Source: Candidatus Oxydemutator sp. (GTDB lineage: Bacteria; Pseudomonadota; Gammaproteobacteria; Poriferisulfidales; Oxydemutatoraceae). From it: a DNA stretch of 64,000 nucleotides. Positions 45,801 to 54,800 of this stretch are shown here, piece after piece; position 1 is the stretch's first letter; each line of letters opens with the position of its first letter. A model generated the notes under the pieces. It worked only from the letters and a program-made list of their open reading frames with translations. It had not been told where the DNA came from and ran no database searches. Location of the stretch: positions 672,001 through 736,000 of the forward strand of contig OZ241883.1 in assembly GCA_965203445.1 (NCBI GenBank). The letters run 5' to 3'. The translations under genes and the position numbers were made by a program.

Positions 45801-48800
45801 CCCGGTGAGCGTCGCCGCAAGAATTACCGCCGGCTGCGCCTCCTGCTGCGACGTGCGGCGCATCGCCATAGTCTCGGTAGCGCCGCCGAACACCAGCACC
45901 GGGTAATCAAACACGGTGCCGAAATCCCACGGCGCGTCGTCGTTCAGATCATCACCGCCCGTCTGATCCACGTCGTCCACGTTCAACTGGTCCCAACCCG
46001 CGTAGATCGTGCCCGCCGCGGTGGTGGGCGCGCGCAACTGGTTCGACGTCTGCGGGGTGTTGTCCGGACTCGGCACGCTATTTCCGCAGCATCGGCTCTG
46101 GCCGCTGCGCCCGGTGTCAAAATAACTCGACTCCACCACCGCGGCGATGGCCTTGCTCCCTATCAAGCCGCTGGGTATGCCCCTCGCTATGTTTGAGGGA
46201 TCGATGTACCCCGTCGTCGCCCCGACCGAGTAACTGGCGCTCACCACCGACCCGACGGCGCTTCCGCCTATCAGACCGCCTCCGGTTGGACCTGATTCTA
46301 CATACATTTCCACGTCGGCGTAACTCGCCACCACCACACCGAAATTACCCCCCACCAAACCGCCCACCGTCTCTACGCCGAATACGCGACCGCCAATCAC
46401 GTAACTCGCCGCCACCTTGCCCTCGTTGCGGCCCACCAGCGCACCTACATGATCGCCACCATCGCCACCACCACCCAGTGCAAACGGAGCCAGCTCCACC
46501 CGCGCGTTGTGCAAGCCCACGTTGCGGATCACGCCGCCGGCGCTCACGGCGCCGAACAAACCCATGTAATACGAGTCCCCTTTCCTGGTCATCGTCAGAT
46601 TGCTGATGACGTGGCCGTTGCCTTCAAAAACGGCGCTGTAATAATCCGCATCCCTCAGCCCCGGCCCCCTACGGGGGTTACCGCTGTCCCCGCCCAGCGG
46701 CGTCCAGTTCAAGCCGGACAAGTCCAGATCGCTCGACAACTCGTAGCCGGTGCACGTGCTCGGACAGGTCTGCGGCGCGCCGAAAAGGGGAAACGCCGCA
46801 AAATAAGCGGATTTGTTCGCACTGCTCACGCCCGCTATCCCGGCACCGCCCAGGTCGTAGCGGATCGCCGCCAACTGCGACGTCGTCGCCACCTCTATCA
46901 AACCGTCGTCGTCCTCGTCGTAGTCGGTGCCGTCGTTGAACTCGATCGTGGTCCTGAAGGGAAGCGGCACGCCCAAAGCCACGCCCTGCGGCGCCCCCGC
47001 GAGCCTCGCGTTGCTCAACGCAACCACCATGACCTCGGGCATCTCGATCTCGCCGTCGGCGCGCACCCTCAACACAAACGACGCGCTGGCGGCGCCGGCT
47101 GCGATGACCACGCTGCCTACGGTGGTGCCGACAAAGTCGTCGGCGTCGACTTCGCCGCCGCCCACCGACCAATTCCAACTCGCGCTCACCCCCGCCGGCA
47201 AGGCCCCCGAAAAGCGCACCACGTAACTCGCGATCCCACCTTCCTGCCCCGTCGCACTCCCGGCGAGCGTCGGCGTAAGAATTACCTCCGGCCGCGCCTG
47301 CCGCTGCGACGTGCGACGCACCGCCTCGGTCTCGGTAGCGCCGCCGAACACCAGCACCGGGTAATCAAACACGCCGCCGAAATCCCACGGCGCGTCGTCG
47401 TTGTAGTCGCCGTCGCGTCCCTGATCCACGTCGTCCACGTTCAACTGGTCCCAACCCGCGTAGATGGTGCCCGCCGCCGTGGTCGGAAAAAGCAACTCGG
47501 CCGACAACCTCGGGGTGTGGTCCGGATCCGGCGAATTCCTTCCGCAGCAGCTGCTCAGGCCGCTGCGCTCTTTGTCAAAATAACTGGACTCCACCACGGA
47601 GCCGGTAACCCTGCTCCCTATCAAACCATTGGCCGATACCCCCGTCGGTCTGCCGATGGAGTAACTGGCTGTCACGGCCCCCTCGGATGAGTCTGAACCC
47701 ACGAGGCCGCCCGCGTTCGCCCCACCTGCATGCACTTCCACGTCGGCGTAACTCGCCACCACCTCACCGCCATTGATTCCTATCAAGCCGCCCACCGAGA
47801 TTCCGCCGGATATGCGACCGCCACTGACGTAACTCGCCGCCACTTTGCCGCCGTTGGTTCCCACCAGCGCACCTGCACTCTCGCTATCACGACCCAGGTC
47901 TATCTGCGCGTTGCGCAAGCCCACGTTGCGGACTCTGCCGTCGGCGCCCACCCTGCCGAACAAACCCACGAGAAACCATCGTCCACTCCTCACCACCCGC
48001 AGATTGCTGATGACGTGGCCGTTGCCTTCAAAAACCGCGGTGTAAACATCCCCCGGAAGGTCTTCCAGCCTGACGCCCCCGCCTATCGGCGTCCAGCCCG
48101 CGCCCGGCGCCGGTTCCACGTCGGACAGGTCCAGATCATTCGACAGCTCGTAGCCGGTACACGTGCTGGGACAGGTCTGCCCGTCGCCGAAAAAGGGAAA
48201 CGCCGCCAGATAAGCGGCCCTGTTCGCGTCGCCGCTCACGCCCGCTATCCCGACACCGCCCAGGTCGTAGCGGATCGCCGCCAACTGCGACGTCGTCGCC
48301 ACCTCTATCAAGGTGTCGCCGTCGTCGTCGTAGTCTATCTGGTCGCTCGCCTCGATCGTGGTCCTGACCGCAAGCGGCACGCCCAGACCCACGTGCGCGG
48401 GCACCCCCGTGAGCCTTGCGTTGCTCAACGTTACCACCATGACCTCGGACAACTCGGACACGCCGTCTGCGCGCACTGCCACCGAAAACGACGCGCTGAC
48501 GGCGCCGGACGGGATGACCACGCTGCCGGTCGTGCCGACAAAGTCGGCGGCGTCGGCTTCGCCGCCGCCCACCGACCAATCCCAATGCGCGCTCACCCCC
48601 GGCAGCAAAGGCTGCGGCATGATCATGTCGACACACCCTAAGGTGGTGCAAACTCTGGACGTCGCCACCGGCAAGCCCCCCCCCGCCAAGCTCACCACGT
48701 AACTCGCGGTGCCACCTTCCGACACCGTCTCGCTGCCGGCGAGCGTCGGCACAAGAATTACCCCCTGCGCCTGCTGCTGCGACGTGCGACGCATCGCCAT

Positions 48801-51800
48801 AGTCTCGGTAGCGCCGGCGAACACCAACACCGGGTAATCAAACACGGTGCCGAAATCCCACGGCGCGTCGTCGTTCAAGTCGCCGTCGTCTCCCTGATCC
48901 ACGTCGTCCACGTTCAACTGCTCCCAGCCCTCGTAGATGGTGAATGCGGCCGTGGTCGGGCTGAACAACTCGGCCGACGTCCTCGAGGTGTTGTCCGGAC
49001 TCGGCGGATTCCTTCCGCAGCAACTGCTCTGGCCGCTGCGCTGGCCGTCAAAATAACTCGACTGCAACACGTCGGCGTAATTCAGCAGCAACGGTCGTAT
49101 GTCGTAACCCCCTATCAAGCCGCCGACTCTGCTTCCCCCCGCCGTTTCCCCGATGGAGTAGCTGGCGCTCACCACCGACGCGGCGGCGACTTCGCCTACC
49201 AGACCGCCCACGTTCCTTCCATCTGCCTGCACTTCCACGTCGGCGTAACTCGCCACCAAGCTGCCGTAATGACCCCCGATCAAACCGCCCACCCCAAATA
49301 CGCCGGATATGCGACCGCCACTGACGTAACTCGCCGCCACTTTGCCCTCGTTGCGGCCCACCAGCGCTCCTATATAACTGCTACCACCGTCCTCCAGACT
49401 CACACGCGCGTTACGCAAGCCCACGTTGCGGATGATGCCGTTGGCGTTCACGGCCCCGAACAGACCCATGTGCCACCACCGCCCATCCCTGTCCATCCTC
49501 AAATTGCTGATGACGTGGCCGTTGCCTTCAAAAACCGCGGTGTAATAATAATCCACCGGAGGGGTTTCCTCGCTGACCCAGCATACACGTGTATGCCCCG
49601 TCTGGTCGACAACGTCCCCCGTCTGGGCAATGCAATCGGAATAATCCTGCGGAAAGGCATCATCATTAGGAATCTCATCACTGCCGCCCCCGCCTATCGG
49701 CGTCCAGTCCGGGATGCTCGACAGATCCAGGTCGGCCGACAACTCGTAGCCGGTGCACGACGCCCCCGGACAGGTCTGCGTCTGCTCGAAAAACGGAAAC
49801 GCCGCCAGATAAACGGCCCTGTTCGCGTCGCCGCTCACGCCCGCCAGCCCGGCACCGCCCAGGTCGTGGCGGATCGCCGACAACTGCGACGTCGTCGCCA
49901 CCTCTATCAGGGTGTCGTCGTCGAGGTCGTAGTCTCTGCCGACTCCGTCGCTGGGACTGATCGCGGTGCTGACGGGAAGCGGCACGCCCAAACTCACGCG
50001 CGCGGGCGCCCCCGTGAGTATCGCGTCGCTCAACGCGACCACCATGACCTCGGACAACTCGGTAATGACGTCATCGCGCACCCTCACCGAAAACGACGCG
50101 CTGCTCGCGCCGGATGCGATGACCACGCTGCCGCTGGTCGCGCCGACAAAGTCGTCGGTGCTGACCTGGTTGCCGCCCACCGCCCAATTCCAACTCGCAG
50201 TCACCCCCGCCGGCAAGGCCTCCGGCAAGCTCACCACGTAACTCGCGGTGCCACCTTCCGACACCCCCGCGCTTCCGGCGAACGTCGGCGTAAGACTTAC
50301 CTCCGGCTGCGCCTGCTGCTGCGACGTGCGACGCGCCACCTCCGTGTCGGTAGCACCGCCGAACACCAGCACCGGGTAATCAAACGCGCTGCCGAAATCC
50401 CACGGACTGTCGTCGTTGTAGTCGCGGTCGCCCCCCTGATCCACGTCGTCCACGTTCAACTGGTCCCAACCCTCGTAGATGGTGCCCATCGCCGTGGTCG
50501 GGAGAATCAAGTCGCTCGACGTCTTCGCAACAACGTCGTCCAGACCATGCGCGTTCGTTCCGCAGCAACTGCTCCGGAGGCTGCGCTCTTTGTCAAAATA
50601 ACTCGACTCCACCGCGGCGATGATGGTCACCCCGAACTGTCCGCCACCCGCCGAGGCAACCCGCCGCCCTATCAAGCCGCCGACTCTGCTACCCCCCGTC
50701 GTTTCCCCGACGGAGTAACTGGCGCTTACCACCGACGCGACACTGGCTTCGCCTACCAGACCGCCCACCTGACCTATACTTGCATGCACTTCCACGTCGG
50801 CGTAACTCGCCACCAACCTGCCGTCATTGCCCCCTATCAAGCCGCCCACCCTGAATGAACCGGATATGCGACCGCCACTGACGTAACTCGCCGCCACTTT
50901 GCCCCGGTTGCGCCCCACCAGCGCTCCCACGTAGATGTGTCCTACGGCCACCTGCGCGTTGCGCAAGCCCACGTTGCGGATTCTGCCGTCGGCGCCGACG
51001 ATGCCGAACAAACCCGTGCCATACACCCCGCCGCCGCTCATCCGCAGGTTGCTGATGACGTGGCCGTGACCTTCGAAAACAGCGGTGTAAGCAACCGGCG
51101 TACCCCCCCCGCCTAGCGGCGTCCAGTCCGCTATGCCGGACAGGTCCAGGTCGGCCGACAACTCGTAGCCGGTGCACGCGCGCGGACAGCTCGCCTCGTC
51201 GAAAAAGGGAAACGCCTTCCGATAAGCCCGATACGCGGCCTCGTTGGCACTGCTCACGCCCGCCAGCCCGGCACCGTCCAGGTCGTGGCGGATCGCCGCC
51301 AACTGCGACGTCGTCGCCACCTCTATCAAGGTGTCGCCGTCGACGTCGTAGTCCTTTTCGACTCCGTCGCTGGGATCGATCACGGTCCTCACCGGAGCGG
51401 GCACGCCTAAGCGCACGCCACGCGCGGGCACCCCCGCGACCGCGAGCCTCGCGTTGCTCAACGCAACCACCATGGTCTCGAACGACTCGGCATCGGTGTC
51501 GTCGCGCACTTCCAACGAAAACGACGCGCTGACGGCGCCGGATGCGATGACGACGTCGCCGGTGGTCGCGCCGACAAAGTCGTCGGTGCCGACTTCGCCA
51601 CCCACCGACCAATTCCAAGTCGCGCTCACCCCCGCCGGCAAGGCCTCCGGCAAACTCACCTGGTAACTCGCCGTCTCGCCTTCCGACACCGTCGGGGACC
51701 CCGTGAGCGTCGGCGCAAGAATTACTTCCGGCTGCGCCTCCTGCTGCAACGTGCGACGCGCCGACTCCGTGTCGGTAGCACCGCCGAACACCAGCACCGG

Positions 51801-54800
51801 GTAATCAAACGCGGTGCCGAAATCCCACGGACCGTCGTCGTTGAAATCGCCGTCGCCTCCCTGATCGACGCGGTCCACGTTCAACTTGTCCCAACCCTCG
51901 TAGAGGGTGCCCACCGCGGTGGTCGGGGTGCGTAACTGGTGTGACGCCCTCGATCCGCAGCAGCCACCCTGGCGACTGCGCTCCCGGTCAAAATAACTGG
52001 ACTCCACCACGGCGCCGGCCACCCGGTTCCCTATCAAACCGCCAATCGGGTAAATCCCCGTCACTCTCCCGACCGAGTAGCTGGCGCTCACCACCGACGC
52101 GCCACCGGCTTCGCCTATCAGACCGCCCACGTTAGCTCCATCTGCATGCACTTCCACGTCGGCGTAACTCGCCACCAGCCTGCCGGCGTAATGACCCCCT
52201 ATCAAACCGCCCACCCCCGCATTGCCGGATACGCGACCGCCAATGACGTAACTCGCCAACACTTCGCCCTCGTTGTCTCCCACCAGCGCACCTATAAACA
52301 AGCTATCACCACCCATTTCCACCCGCGCGTTGTGCAAGCCCACGTTGCGGATCACGCCGCCGGCGCCCACCCTGCCGAACAAACCTATCTGCCACTCCCC
52401 GTCCCTGGCCACCCGCAAATTGCGGATGACGTGGCCGTTGCCTTCAAAAACGGCGGTGTAAGCATCCCCCGGCACGGCACGCGGAACCCCCCCGCCCAGC
52501 GGCGTCCAGCCTGGGCCCGGGGCCGGGTTCACGCTGGACAGATCCAGGTCGGCCGACAACTCGTAGCCGGCGCACGTGCCCGGACAGGTCTCCATCTCGT
52601 CGTAATGGGGAAACGCCGCCCGATAAGCCCGATAAGCGGCCTCGTTGGCACTGCTCACGCCCGCCAACCCGGCGCCGCCCAGGTCGTAGCGGATCGCCGC
52701 CAACTGCGACGTCGTCGCCACCTCTATCAAGTTGTCGTCGTCGGCGTCGTAGTCCATCTGGTCGCTCGCCTCGATGGTGGTCCTTACGGAAACCGGCACG
52801 CCTACACTCACGCGCGCGGGCGCCCCTGCGAGCCTCGCGCCCGTCAACGTTACCACCAGCACCTCGGACAACTCGGCCACGTCGTCATCGAACACCCGCA
52901 CCGAAAACGACGCGCTGCTCGCGCCGGATGCGATGACTACGACGCCGGTCGTGCCGACAAAGTCGGCGACGCCGACTTCGCCGCCGCCCACCGTCCAATC
53001 CCAACGCGCGCTCACCCCCGCCGGCATGACCACCGGCAAACTCACCACGTAACTCGCGGCCTCACCTTCCGACACCGTCGCGCTGCCGGCGAGCGTCGGT
53101 GCAAGACTCACTTCCGGCTGCGCTTCCTGCTGCGACGTGCGACGCATCGCCACAGTCTCGGTAGCGCCGCCGAACACCAGCACCGGGTAATCCAGCGAGG
53201 TGCCGAAATCCCACGGACCGTCGTCGTTGTAGTCGCCGTCGCCTCTCTGATCGACGCCATCCACGTTCAACTTATCCCAACCCTCGTAGAGGGTGCCGGC
53301 CGCGGTAGTGGGACCGAACAAGTCGCTTGACGTCTTCGGGGCGTTGTCCGGACTCGGCGGATTCGTTCCGCAGCAACTGCTCTGACCGCTAAGCTCGCCG
53401 TCAAAATAACTTGACTCTATCGCGGCGGTGGCGGCCCTGGCCCCGATCAAGCCACCGATCTTAATCCCGGTCTTTTCCCCGATGGAGTAACTGGCGCTCA
53501 CCACCGACCCGGCATTGCCCGCGCCTATCAGGCCGCCTCCCGTATTTATACCTGCAATCACTTCCACGTCGGCGTAACTCGCCACCACCTGACCGGAATT
53601 ACTTCCCACCAGGCCGCCCACCGCCTGGTCGCCGGATACACTACCGCCACTGACGTAACTCGCCGCCACCTTGCCCTCGTTGCGTCCCACCAGCGCGCCT
53701 ATATAAAGGCTATTATTACCCACGCTCACCCGCGCGTTGCGCAAACCCACGTTGCGGATCACGCCGACGTCGCTGACGACGCCGAACAAACCCATGCTGT
53801 ACAACCGGCGATCATTCCTGGTTATCGTCAGATTGCTGATAACGTGGCCGTTGCCTTCAAAAACGGCGCTGTATGGATTCCTCAAACGCTCCCCGAGCGT
53901 GGTGGCCGCTCCGCCTATCGGCGTCCAATTCAAGCCGGACAGATTCAGGCCGGCCGACAACTCGTAGCCGGTGCACGTGCTGGGACAGGTCTGTATCTCA
54001 CCGAAAAGGGGAAATGCCGCCAGATAAGCCCGATAAGCGGCCTCGTTGGCACTGCTCACGCCCGCCAGCCCGGCACCGCCCAGGTCGTGGCGGATCGCCG
54101 CCAACTGCGACGTCGTCGCCACCTCTATCAAGGTGTCGTCGTCGACGTCGTAGTCCATGCGATCACGCACCTCGACCGTCATCGTGTCCACGCCCGTCGC
54201 GCCGCGCGCGTCCGCAACCGTCAACTCGAACCCCAGCGTCTCCACCACCTGCGGCGCCAGGAACGTCGCCGTCTCCGAGGTGGCGCCCGTCACCACGACG
54301 ACCGTGCCGCTGGTCTGACGCCACCGATACGTTACATCCTCGCCCTCCGGATCAACCGCGCCGCCGCGCAGCGTAACCACGCCGCCCTTGCCCGCAATCA
54401 AGTCGGAACCCGCGTCCGCCATCGGCGCGTCGTTCGCGCCCGCGCGCACCGTGATCACCACCGTGTTCGTCGTCTGACCACTCAGCTGCCGTTCCACGGG
54501 CGACGACAAACCCCGCACGTCGGTTACCACCAGCGCGAACTCAAGCGTCTCGTCGTTCACCAACTGCGTCGGTGCCAGGAACGTCGTGCTGCGCGCCGCG
54601 GCGTCGCGCAGCGCCACCGTGGCGCCGCCGGTCTGACGCCAGCCGTACCTCAGCAGCTCGTTCCGCGGACTGCTCGCGGCGCCGTCCAAAGTCACCACGG
54701 CGCCCTCGGACACGTCCTGATCGGGCCCGGCGTGCGCCGTCGGCGCGACCGCTTCCTCGGCGGACAACGTGTAGGTGCCCGTCGCGCCGGCCGCGGGCGC

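Larger units (their letters stand above)
1..54160 (-). repeat. 31 copies of a ~1.4-kb (~470 aa) intragenic module across four genes (D 3, C 6, B 15, A 7)
   Basis: Counted by the near-invariant plus-strand motif caactgcgacgtcgtcgccac (VATTSQL). Companion motifs acgtggccgttgcc (GNGHV), cccacgttgcg (RNVG) and gccgaaatccca (WDFG) recur with it. Confidence 0.93.

Noticed and set aside
1299-54125. Regularly recurring ~26-bp motif gccgccaactgcgacgtcgtcgccac as a CRISPR repeat or attC-like cassette site
   Set aside because: Spacing is ~1.4 kb, it always encodes in-frame VATTSQLAA, and no cas or integrase gene is present.
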